From: Auanema rhodensis
Lineage: Eukaryota > Animalia > Nematoda
Reading direction: 5' to 3'
Assembly: GCA_964057225.1 (NCBI GenBank)
Contig: OZ059895.1
Coordinates: 17,484,001 to 17,548,000, forward strand
DNA length: 64,000 nt
This document shows, one piece after another, positions 11,403 to 22,704 of this stretch (its first letter is position 1; each line of letters opens with the position of its first letter). Under the pieces are notes generated by a model, which saw only the letters and a program-made list of their open reading frames with translations, was not told the DNA's origin and did not search any database. Both the position numbers and the translations under genes were made by a program.

Positions 11403-11641
11403 TTGATAAATCGTTTTCATTTCTCGATTATAATCTCTGCGCCAGTTTCAACAATGCGTATACATATTGAATATAAAGATTTCATTTGATTGAATAAGAA
11501 AAGATGTAACCTGAAGTAAAAGCTTTAAGAACTACGAATAGATCCTCAAAATAGTTTTAGAAATTCTAAAAAGATGCCTCATGCTGGAATCGAACCAGCG
11601 ACCTTCTGTTTACTAGACAGACGCTCTGCCCCTGAGCCAAT

Positions 11642-11978
11642 CGTTCCATTCGGAAATCAATACGTAGCAGGCGGGTTAGAATCAGACGACATGAGGCTGA
11701 GAGAGGACGACACGCCCTTCATATGGAACACAGACTTCAGCTTTGCCTTATGGAATGACTATGGATGGTTGGTCTTCCTTTCTTAGCTCTCTTTTACTTT
11801 ATATCTTTATGTAGACTTATATAACTTATTGTAATCATGTAGACATAATAAACCTTTCTTTCTCGAGTCTTATGTTTATCCATTATGCTCTTTATCTACC
11901 GCTACATCTGGAATACTATCACACTCATCTTGTAGGCTTTATTGGTCTATAGGATCGACGTGAGAGCATAACGGAACG
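11642..11978 (+). repeat. 5' LTR (337 bp)
   Basis: Begins CGTTCC and ends GGAACG (6-bp terminal inverted repeat). Contains TATATAA (~11818) and AATAAA (~11847). Appears identical to 14635-14971. Confidence 0.93.
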
Positions 11979-11991
11979 TGGAAGTTCCACC
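11979..11991 (+). promoter_or_regulatory. Primer-binding site, probably tRNA-Gln
   Basis: TGGAAGTTCCACC immediately follows the LTR. It matches 12/13 nt of TGGAGGTTCCACC, the complement of the metazoan tRNA-Gln 3' end (...GGTGGAACCT-CCA). Confidence 0.7.
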
Positions 11992-13323
11992 TCGAACATT
12001 TTTATCTTGATTTCTTGACTATTTTCTCTTATATTTCGTTATTTTTAATACAATTCATTGAATCTGAATTCTCTTATATCTCTACACCATCTACTCCATG
12101 TCTTAACACAATACGGTGGGGCCAACAACGTTTAAAAGGGAACAGATGCAAGGACCACTCCTTTTGGAGATGGATTTTATATTTTTTGAAACTGAAGTTA
12201 TATTTTCCCGTTTGTTCACAATTTTCTGTCTGTCTGAACCCAACAATTTTTATATCCTTGCTGTTAACATCAAATACTCTGTTACCCGAACTCGAAGCAT
12301 TTTAGAGGACCCTAGGATGAATTAGTGAACAAATTCACCCAAGGATAATTTTTATTGAGATTTATGCCCACACTTTCCCCTTTTAAGGATTGATTTTGGC
12401 TTCGAGGAAAGAATAGCCACGGTTATTTCTTTATTTTTGTGGATGAAACAATTTTGCGCACCAAATTGAGATTATTTCATATTTTGCGATCAGGACTATT
12501 TTATTTTGCGTTACATTTCTGTTCAGACAACTTTTTGCCATTAACATCCGAAAATATTTTGATAACGCATTGAATTTACACGGGAAACCTCACCGAAATG
12601 GGAGGAATATTATGAAAAGTGAATTTTAAGATCGCTATAGTCCGAAAAATCCTGTACAATTTTACGAACTGAATTATTATTAGTGATTGTCTATCAGGTC
12701 GTGTTGGCTTAAGCATATCAGTTTGGATTTTCTCCCCTTACTATATGTCACCTTCCTCATACCGTTATTGTTGTTTTGAAGCATAAGACTCATTCCTAAA
12801 CACCATAATTCTTTAAATATAGTTATTGTAATCTTTAGTCATCTATTCCTAACCATAATTTTAAAACTAGATTTCTGATCATGATGGGACTACGGTACTC
12901 ATTCGTTTTCCAAATTGCTTCCTTAAAAGAGTAATGCTATTACGAATGTACATTATGAAAACCGCTAAAATCCTTTGAACATTTACCAAAGTCCATTTTC
13001 GTGGCATTTTCGATCACTCGTGAGTCCAAGAAGATCAGAATTGTCAGAAAAAGAAAAAAAATGGGAATAAGGACTAATGAGATTGCTCAGGCATCAATCA
13101 AGTGAGCACTGAACATTTTTGAACATATACAAACTGGTTGAATTATATACATTTAAGAATATTAAATTGGAGAGCGAACAAAGTCCAAATTTTCATACGG
13201 TAGTAGGCGGATCTCTGTTAAAGGCCACAACTTAGATTCATTCCTTAACGCCGACTATACAAACCAGTTACTCACAGCTTTCTCACCCCTTTTCCAAAAC
13301 TCCTTATCCATAACACTCATTAA

Positions 13324-13937
13324 CGTCCCAAAATCCCCCACGTTACTAAACACTCAAGGTTTTTCCAAACCAAGAGCGCTACGAAAGTGGATAAGCGATT
13401 TCGATCAGCTGTACCTCTCAGTACACGAACTGATTTTGATCTGCGAGACTCAGCTCCACTCACCCGAAGCCGAGCTCGCGCACAAAGCATCGCTATAATC
13501 GAAGACGAGCAGAAAGCCGAGCACAAAACCGACAAATTCTTTACTCCTCGTGCAGGCACTTATTCACCTACTGAACAATTAAGCGACGAGGATTACGTAC
13601 CACCAGGAGGAGAAGAAACATCCATCATAGTGGAAGAACAAACACCAGTTACTGCTAAGAAGTCAACAACGTTGAAGGAAACATGGTACAACTCAAGAAT
13701 CCATTTGGAAAAATTCAAGACGTACACAAAGACAATCTCAAACTTTTTGAACGCAAAATGGACCATACAATCGCTCAAAACACGCGATCAAATACAACGA
13801 CTTATGACACGGACGACGACAGCGATATTGAGATCATAAAAGTCATAAATGGTAACGATAACTATGACTCTACTGAAGAAACAGAACCAGAAGACCCATC
13901 GGACCAAAATTGGCTACCACCAAGAAGAAGACGATGA
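13324..13937 (+). pseudogene. Remnant gag-like 5' segment fused out of frame to a Gypsy integrase C-terminus
   Basis: Frame 1 gives ...APLTRSRARAQ..., a low-complexity Gag-N-terminus-like stretch with no ATG. From 13659 another frame gives EVNNVEGNMVQLKNPFGKIQDVHKDNLKLF, resembling the second half of the integrase GPY/F module (V..V.G...L....G....VH.D.LK.F), followed by an acidic tail. Confidence 0.6.
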
Positions 13938-14622
13938 AAGAAATAATTTCGAGATTGATAAAATTATTGTAAAACTTTGTATCAACTCTCTTTTAAAAAA
14001 CCAGAGCTATTAATATTATTATATCATTGAAAAACTTGAGTAAGACGAGATGTAAGCTAGTAATGAAAAAGCATTTCAGTTTCAAAGCATATATGATTAT
14101 AAAACTTCATCAATTTCAAATAATTTCCCGTAAATAAAGAAGAAATGAAAGATAAGAGACATTATATTGCATATTCATCTGAGCAACAGTCCTTATCAAG
14201 TAGTTAATGATTCAATTCCGGAAATTATATGGGATTTAGTTTAATTTTTTTTATTATTACAATTCGCTTTGAATACGCTGAAGAAACATGCTAGCTCCAT
14301 CGATAATATAGCATGACTCTCGTTTCTCTATACTCAAACAAGTTAGACATGCAGCGTCGTGCCTAAAAAGCTATTTTGCGCACTCTCGCTGACAAAATAT
14401 AGCCCTGGTATTCAAAAAGATTGTTTTATTCCTTAATATTCATGTATTTTCAAATAATTTTTATTAAATTCTTTTCAGATAATATTGTTTAACATTATAT
14501 TGTAATTTATCTTTACTATTTTTATGTTAACATTGTAATTTTTATTTTTTTAAAACTAAACCTTCTGCTACGATTGAAACAAGCCACATATTTTGCTATT
14601 CGCGAGGACGCGACATAAACTC

Positions 14623-14634
14623 GAAAAAATGGCA
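14623..14634 (+). promoter_or_regulatory. Candidate polypurine tract
   Basis: GAAAAAATGGCA lies directly upstream of the 3' LTR; it is short and imperfect. Confidence 0.45.
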
Positions 14635-14971
14635 CGTTCCATTCGGAAATCAATACGTAGCAGGCGGGTTAGAATCAGACGACATGAGGCTGAGAGAGGA
14701 CGACACGCCCTTCATATGGAACACAGACTTCAGCTTTGCCTTATGGAATGACTATGGATGGTTGGTCTTCCTTTCTTAGCTCTCTTTTACTTTATATCTT
14801 TATGTAGACTTATATAACTTATTGTAATCATGTAGACATAATAAACCTTTCTTTCTCGAGTCTTATGTTTATCCATTATGCTCTTTATCTACCGCTACAT
14901 CTGGAATACTATCACACTCATCTTGTAGGCTTTATTGGTCTATAGGATCGACGTGAGAGCATAACGGAACG
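14635..14971 (+). repeat. 3' LTR (337 bp)
   Basis: Direct repeat of 11642-11978; no differences seen by eye. Confidence 0.93.
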
Positions 14972-15152
14972 CAATGAGGCTTGATAAATCGTTTTCATTT
15001 CTCGATTATAATCTCTGCGCCACTTTCAACAATGCGTATACATATTGAATATAAAGATTTCATTTGATTGAATAAGAAAAGATGTAACCTGAAGTAAAAG
15101 CTTTAAGAACTACGAATAGATCCTCAAAATAGTTTTAGAAATTCTAAAAAGA

Positions 15153-17420
15153 TGCCTCATGCTGGAATCGAACCAGCGACTTTCTGTTTACTAGACAGAC
15201 GCTCTGCCCCTGAGCCAATGAGGCTTGATAAATCGTTTTCATTTCTCGATTATAATCTCTGCGCCACTTTCAACAATGCGTATACATATTGAATATAAAG
15301 ATTTCATTTGATTGAATAATAAAAGATGTAACCTGAAGTAAAAGCTTTAAGAACTACGAATAGATCCTCAAAATAGTTTGAGAAAGTCTAAAAAGATGCC
15401 TCATGCTGGAATCGAACCAGCGACCTTCTGTTTACTAGACAGACGCTCTGCCCCTGAGCCAATGAGGCTTGATAAATCGTTTTCATTTCTCGATTATAAT
15501 CTCTGCGCCACTTTCAACAATGCGTATACATATTGAATATAAAGATTTCATTTGATTGAATAATAAAAGATGTAACCTGAAGTAAAAGCTTTAAGAAGTA
15601 CGAATAGATCCTCAAAATAGTTTTAGAAATTCTAAAAAGATGCCTCATGCTGGAATCGAACCAGCGACCTTCTGTTTACTAGACAGACGCTCTGCCCCTG
15701 AGCCAATGAGGCTTGATAAATTGTTTTCATTTCTCGATTATAATCTCTGCGCCACTTTCAACAATGCGTATACATATTGAATATAAAGATTTCATTTGAT
15801 TGAATAATAAAAGATGTAACCTGAAGTAAAAGCTTTAAGAACTACGAATAGATCCTCAAAATAGTTTGAGAAAGTCTAAAAAGATGCCTCATGCTGGAAT
15901 CGAACCAGCGACCTTCTGTTTACTAGACAGACGCTCTGCCCCTGAGCCAATGAGGCTTGATAAATCGTTTTCATTTCTCGATTATAATCTCTGCGCCACT
16001 TTCAACAATGCGTATACATATTGAATATAAAGATTTCATTTGATTGAATAATAAAAGATGTAACCTGAGGTAAAAGCTTTAAGAACTACGAATAGATCCT
16101 CAAAATAGTTTTAGAAATTCTAAAAAGATGCCTCATGCTGGAATCGAACCAGCGACCTTCTGTTTACTAGACAGACGCTCTGCCCCTGAGCCAATGAGGC
16201 TTGATAAATCGTTTTCATTTCTCGATTATAATCTCTGCGCCACTTTCAACAATGCGTATACATATTGAATATAAAGATTTCATTTGATTGAATAAGAAAA
16301 GATGTAACCTGAAGTAAAAGCTTTAAGAACTACGAATAGATCCTCAAAATAGTTTTAGAAATTCTAAAAAGATGCCTCATGCTGGAATCGAACCAGCGAC
16401 CTTCTGTTTACTAGACAGACGCTCTGCCCCTGAGCCAATGAGGCTTGATAAATCGTTTTCATTTCTCGATTATAATCTCTGCGCCACTTTCAACAATGCG
16501 TATACATATTGAATATAAAGATTTCATTTGATTGAATAAGAAAAGATGTAACCTGAAGTAAAAGCTTTAAGAACTACGAATAGATCCTCAAAATAGTTTT
16601 AGAAATTCTAAAAAGATGCCTCATGCTGGAATCGAACCAGCGACCTTCTGTTTACTAGACAGACGCTCTGCCCCTGAGCCAATGAGGCTTGATAAATCGT
16701 TTTCATTTCTCGATTATAATCTCTGCGCCAGTTTCAACAATGCGTATACATATTGAATATAAAGATTTCATTTGATTGAATAAGAAAAGATGTAACCTGA
16801 AGTAAAAGCTTTAAGAACTACGAATAGATCCTCAAAATAGTTTTAGAAATTCTAAAAAGATGCCTCATGCTGGAATCGAACCAGCGACCTTCTGTTTACT
16901 AGACAGACGCTCTGCCCCTGAGCCAATGAGGCTTGATAAATTGTTTTCATTTCTCGATTATAATCTCTGCGCCACTTTCAACAATGCGTATACATATTGA
17001 ATATAAAGATTTCATTTGATTGAATAAGAAAAGATGTAACCTGAAGTAAAAGCTTTAAGAACTACGAATAGATCCTCAAAATAGTTTTAGAAATTCTAAA
17101 AAGATGCCTCATGCTGGAATCGAACCAGCGACCTTCTGTTTACTAGACAGACGCTCTGCCCCTGAGCCAATGAGGCTTGATAAATCGTTTTCATTTCTCG
17201 ATTATAATCTCTGCGCCAGTTTCAACAATGCGTATACATATTGAATATAAAGATTTCATTTGATTGAATAAGAAAAGATGTAACCTGAAGTAAAAGCTTT
17301 AAGAACTACGAATAGATCCTCAAAATAGTTTTAGAAATTCTAAAAAGATGCCTCATGCTGGAATCGAACCAGCGACCTTCTGTTTACTAGACAGACGCTC
17401 TGCCCCTGAGCCAATGAGGC
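15153..17420 (-). tRNA. Block of 10 full-length tRNA-Thr(AGT) genes (left coordinates 15153, 15397, 15641, 15885, 16129, 16373, 16617, 16861, 17105, 17349)
   Basis: Intact cloverleafs at 244-bp spacing, each followed by a T5 Pol III terminator. The 15153 copy has a variable-loop G>A change. Confidence 0.93.
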
Positions 17421-17885
17421 TTGATAAATTGTTTTCATTTCTCGATTATAATCTCTGCGCCACTTTCAACAATGCGTATACATATTGAATATAAAGATTT
17501 TTATCACGTTTAACAATACTTATACGCCTAGAAAGTTGAAAGTCCTCAAAGTCCTAAGACCTTATCTCATTTGTCGATTATAGATAGATTCTCTTTGTCA
17601 CCTTATCAATTCTGTTAGTATGTAGGCAGATGATTTATTTTTAAGTTTAATATTGAAAAGTAGCATATTTATTGAACTTCAAGAATTAACAAAGATGCAA
17701 TAACGTCATACTCGTATTTAACACCGATTTCTGGTAGGGAAGTTTCATATGAGCTTTGCGGAGTTTCTTTTTCACATTTTTGGTTTAAGTGTTTATAAAA
17801 TGTTTCTCATGCAATTATCCTGAGAGTGTGATTCACATATTGGCAATTGGTTCGAGATTTAATCTATGTTCTAGAAGTGTTTTTT

Positions 17886-20380
17886 TCACTTTCTTAATGG
17901 AGATGTCGATTTTATGAAAGGTACAGGTATCATTTTTAGTCCATTGGAACTTCCGATTCGACGAAGAATGTTTTTTTCATCAGAATGCAAATCAGGAAGT
18001 GAATCATCAGATAAGCGGGTTTGGGATAGTCTAAATAATATTAAATAGTTTATAAATAATATTGAAGTTGAGTGAACCTTTTGGTTAGTAACGCTTGGCT
18101 TGAATCAGATGATGCCAGTATCGTTTTTCCAACTCCAGTATGTTTGATGTCTGGTAGACAATTGAAGATAATACAACAGAAAAATTCTAGTCGATCTGTA
18201 TAAATTTCGAAAAACAGTTTAAATATAACAAAATAAATGTACCGTTGAGTTCAGTCAACCATAGTGGCAAAATATTGTTATGAATAAATATGTAATATAA
18301 TCCAAAGCCAACTAATAAAATAGCTATTGCTAATGAGGTAACTTCGAATTCTTGAAATATTGGGATCACCACCAAGGCAATAGTTATAATAAGGAACGAG
18401 TATATGCTAAAATACAATTTATAAGTCTTTTTTTAATTTCAGGGTATGAGCTTATATTGATGTATACATTCTCACTCCATTTATAGTTTTTTTTGTAAAA
18501 TGAAAATCATTACATACCACCAGAGAGGCATACGAATAGCATCAGGATGTACGGGAATTCGATTATGACGAATGATGAGTAATCCAACAAGGGTGAAAAT
18601 ACGTTGTGCCCAAAAACCAAACATACAATAACTGATTAAGGCATCTAGATCACCAACAAAAGATATTGCTATTGCTAATGCTGACTGAAATAAAATATAT
18701 TTGTTTGTTTCCATTAAAACGCTTATGGTATTGATAGCCTTCTCTTACATACCTGAGCAAAGACGGCTACCCGAGGAGATTCATTCTCTAGATTTACTAA
18801 GGCAAAACACGAAGGTAGATGGCCTTGTCTAGCTGCTGCGAACATATATCTGTTATGTTGAATCAGTATTAATCAGAATAAGTTTTTGATTTCCCTACCT
18901 ACTACCTGAAAACAGATTACTGTTGAGCGATCCGACAAGAAGGACGCCAATCAGAAATGGAATGATATCAGCAAACGAGCCTAATGTTGCTTGACTAAAT
19001 AACTGAAACGGAATAGTAGAAAGGCTAAAGTAAACGATGCAAATCAAATTAACTTACAGCTGCTACAGCATTAGATGATTTGAATGTTTCTACATCCAAC
19101 ACCACAAAGTAAGCGACATTAATGGCAACGTAGACAATTGTTACAACACTGATTCCTCCGAGTAATGCTAATGGAATTGTTCTAAAATTTATGTTAAAAT
19201 CGTATAATCAAATGATTATTTTTTTCTCAATTGTTTGTTTACCTTCTAGGCTTAGCTATTTCTCCAGCACTGTAGTTCAATACATCCCAACCAGAATATG
19301 CCCAAAGACCACCGTAAAATCCAAGAATCAGATCACCCATCCTATAGTTAGAGCCTTTCATCGGATTTTCCAAGTTCGATTTCCATCCTATAATGAAATA
19401 ATTATACAGTATAATATGAATTATCAAATGTTATATATTGAATTGGCTGAGTTGTACCTCGAAAATAATAAAAATAGAATCCAGTGACAATGATAAGCGC
19501 ACATGCTATCAATTTGGCAACAGTAGCCAGAATCTGAAAGCGAGCTGCGAACTTGTTAAGGCTGAAGAAGTTCATCCACGTGACCAACCCTGGAAAATTC
19601 ATTATATCATTTCAAATTTGCAGAACTTCTGCAAAGTCTGAGAGGAAAAACTTATTATGTTTTAACTCACATAACAGTGAAAATCCAAAAAGTTTTTGGC
19701 ATAAAGGCATAAGATCCTCATCTATATCGTAATACTGAAAATAGTAATTGAAAAATAATTCAAACTTAATTTAAAATTTTTTTTAATTCTCGTCAAAAGA
19801 AATACATTTTGATAATATGTTTTGAAAACCTGAGTAGCAGTTTACCTGCTTTAAACCTTCTGTCAGATATTGACCAAATGTTTGAGCTATAATAGCAATT
19901 GTTGCTGGATATGTCATAAGTACAGATACCCACATAAAAGCAAATGCTATTGAATACCTGAAACATGAGAAAATCATCTTGTATGCGTGTGAGATTTAAT
20001 CATAATCTTGATTATATAATTATATTTTTAAAAATATGACGAATTTTGAAAAAATACTAAAGATTCTAAAGAATTCTTATTCTAAGTTACCATTTAACAT
20101 AGCATATATATGCAAAATCACATCCTGCTTCTCGTATAGATGTTCCTAATTCAATGTAGCATAATGCTCCTTAAAAATAAGAATAAATATCTGTAATGCA
20201 TATATATACACAACCTAATATAGCTATGACAGCACATGTCACCCAAATAACTAAGGATAAGCCTACACTATCAGTACATCTGAGTATTGACGTGGGAGTA
20301 ATAAAGATTCCTGAGCCGATAATATTTCCTATCACATAGGATGTAGCTCCCAAAAAACCCATTTTATGTGAATCATCCAT
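17886..20380 (-). CDS. SLC7/LAT-family (APC superfamily) amino-acid transporter, nematode aat-type, multi-exon
   Basis: Exons encode MDDSHKMGFLGATSYVIGNIIGSGIFITP, ELGTSIREAGCDFAY, GLWAYSGWDVLNYSAGEIAKPRR, FAAARQGHLPS and FVGDLDALISY. The frame follows GT-AG introns to TGA at 17886-17888. The N-terminus resembles C. elegans aat-6, but the paralog is not resolved. Confidence 0.92.
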
Positions 20381-21675
20381 GATTTTCTATAAGAAAACCT
20401 TTTAATGAGAACAAACATTTTTTATAGAAGTTATGTATTGAAAGTTAACCACAAGTTCAATATAAATATGTAAACATGTAAACAAACACAATTATTACAA
20501 TATTGGCAGTTTGGATGTTTTTTAGATCGTGTTTCAGAAAATAAAGACGCTTCTTCTTTGTTTTGCCTGTTGATAAGAGGAAGCCAACTATTCACAACAT
20601 GGTCAGATGAAAAAAAAATCATGCAATGATGTATCAGAATATCTCTGAATTAGATAATACTGTGTAATGAGGAAGATAGCAACGACAAGCTCAAGCCTAT
20701 ATGCTCAGGCTAGAAGATCACAGGAATAGAGCAGGAATGAAACAATTGACTACGACGACGTAAACAACGATGAGGAGGTGAGGGCAACTGAACGAGCAAG
20801 TTTGCCATTGCTAGAATATTGACGAAAGGTATATGTTACAAGAACATGTGATTTGGATGTTGCTTAAACGTTTCAAATGGCAAATGAAATCAAAATTCTT
20901 CAAGTAAAGTTTTTTTTTAATTCAAGCCTCATCGAGTAAACAAAAGATTTCTTAACTACGAGCAAAAAGCCAAATATCAAGAGACATCTAAGATAAAATC
21001 AACAGATGAAACGTGAACATTCTGAAATTTTTTCCACTTAAGTTTATGAAAGGTTAGTATAAGAGCAGTAACTGTCAACGATTAAAACTAATCGCTGACG
21101 GCATCATCAAGATGACTTTTGGTTTTTCTTTTTGTTTCTCAGTCAATACAAGCTTACGAACAAAGCAATATGATGCAACTGGAAATACACTTCCAGCATC
21201 AAAATTATTTTTTTCAAATTTCATAAATTTTTGGAAATAAAGTGGAGAGAAGTGAGGATGAAGAGTGATGTCACAAAATTCCGGAAATTTCCGTTTATAC
21301 GTTTAGTCGTTGGTGAGATTAGATGAGATTTTCGAAAAAATGTTCATTCTCTAAGAATAGCTTCAAACGTAAGCACAGACATTCAGTGTGCATCTAAAAT
21401 CTTGAATGAGTTCACTTTCATGTGAGACATGTAACGTGTGAACAGCAAGCAAACGGAATTAGAATAAATAAAACTGATGTAGCTCAAGCTCAAACGTCAT
21501 CAATCATGGTTTCAGGGCATTGCCCTTTTACTTAATAAAAGCTTTTTGGATAGCCTGTCCTTTAGTTTCTGTCTGTCAAGCTAAATCTCAAAAGAATCAT
21601 CGAGATGAGATGGGAGAGAGGGGAAGGCATGATAAGAGCAGAGCTGAAGAAGTGGATAAAAAGATTTTTAAAAAT

Positions 21676-21679
<4 letters not shown>

Positions 21680-21730
<51 letters not shown>
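21680..21730. repeat. (AG)n microsatellite
   Basis: About 25 perfect units. Confidence 0.95.
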
Positions 21731-21731
<1 letters not shown>

Positions 21732-22646
21732 GGAAATAAAGAAAATAATAACGAGATTGGGAGAAAAAAAGATGTCAAGCCAGTAGGAAAGTTCAGAAAG
21801 AGGAGAAGAAGAAACATTTAAACTAAAGATAGCAAGTGGTTGAGAGAAGCTAGAGAAAAAAAGAATGAGTGAACAAGATAATTTAACATTGTAACAATAG
21901 ACACCATTGATTGTCTACATCTTAGGAATATTTATACTATCTAACTCCCTTTATATAAAATATATAATATTCTAATGATATTGAAGCTAAATTAATTGTT
22001 TTGTTCGTTGTGATTGAGCTACAAACTATTTAATTCCCACAAAGGACAGGAAAACCTATTTGTTACCTAATATATGTATGTATGTATGTCAAAGCAATAA
22101 TTCAAGAATTGGAAGTGAAGAGAGAAAGAAAAAGTGTTTCAAGTAGTAGAACTGGCCGACAAAACCATGGACAAAGATATGATTACTTATTCATGAGCCT
22201 CCAAAACTTCCTTTTCTATAATATTTCTTTCACATAACTCATGCAAAGAAGTAGTTTTTGCTTCTTTTTTATCGCGTAACTATATAAACTAAGCTTTATT
22301 TTTTTAGTGGTTCAAGTTTAATAATTCATCGTTCAATAAAAAAAATGTCTTTTCTATATGGATATTTTTTTAGAGCGAAATAGAGGCCGAAGAAATACGT
22401 TGACTAGTAGCCGGAAAACGGGAAATAGCACTTTGAGAGAAAAAAATAAATTGCATAACGGGTGCATAATGAATTGAACACAATTTTTTTCTTTTATCGA
22501 CATTACAAACATAATGTTTTTGGAATATTATGCTTTAGAGTTTTTACATATGTATAATTATAGATTTTAAAAAAGATTTTTTTATGCTTAAAAGGTTGTT
22601 AAGGCTATATATTATGTAGAACATATGATAGAAGAATGAAAAGGAA

Positions 22647-22704
22647 AAGAAGAAGAAGAAGAAGAAGAAGAAGAATATATATATATATATATATATCTAT
22701 ATAT
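22647..22704. repeat. Compound (AAG)n(AT)n microsatellite
   Basis: Direct reading. Confidence 0.9.

Larger units (their letters stand above)
11642..14971 (+). mobile_element. Non-autonomous Ty3/Gypsy-like LTR retrotransposon (3330 bp) inserted in a tRNA-Thr copy
   Basis: Two 337-bp direct repeats, a 4-bp TSD CAAT (11638-11641 and 14972-14975), a PBS right after the 5' LTR and a purine-rich tract before the 3' LTR. An integrase C-terminal remnant lies inside. Removing the element and one TSD restores the tRNA (CCTGAGCCAATGAGGC). Confidence 0.92.
7361..17500 (-). repeat. Tandem tRNA-Thr(AGT) array, minus-oriented arm (~29 units, mostly 244 bp), interrupted by an LTR element
   Basis: The reverse complement of the same unit (TGCCTCATGCTGGAATCG...CCAATGAGGC) recurs with a 244-bp period from 8891 to 11641 and from 15153 to 17420. 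Spacer similarity ends at ~17500. Confidence 0.97.

Noticed and set aside
11689-11697. CATGAGGC in the LTR matching the tRNA-Thr 3' end
   Set aside because: An 8-nt match is compatible with chance and has no positional logic for priming or targeting.
1-17500. CRISPR-like repeat-spacer appearance
   Set aside because: The spacers are near-identical to each other, the repeat is a tRNA gene, the context is eukaryotic and there are no cas genes.
17500-17885. Programmed-DNA-elimination break motif or telomere seed at the array edge
   Set aside because: There is no TTAGGC array and I cannot support a specific motif by eye. It needs a PWM scan and read-level data.
18170-18200. Apparent frameshift near the 3' end of the SLC7 gene
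   Set aside because: Recounting the A-run (5 nt, 18180-18184) gives an open frame DRLEFFCCIIFNCLPD through to the stop codon.
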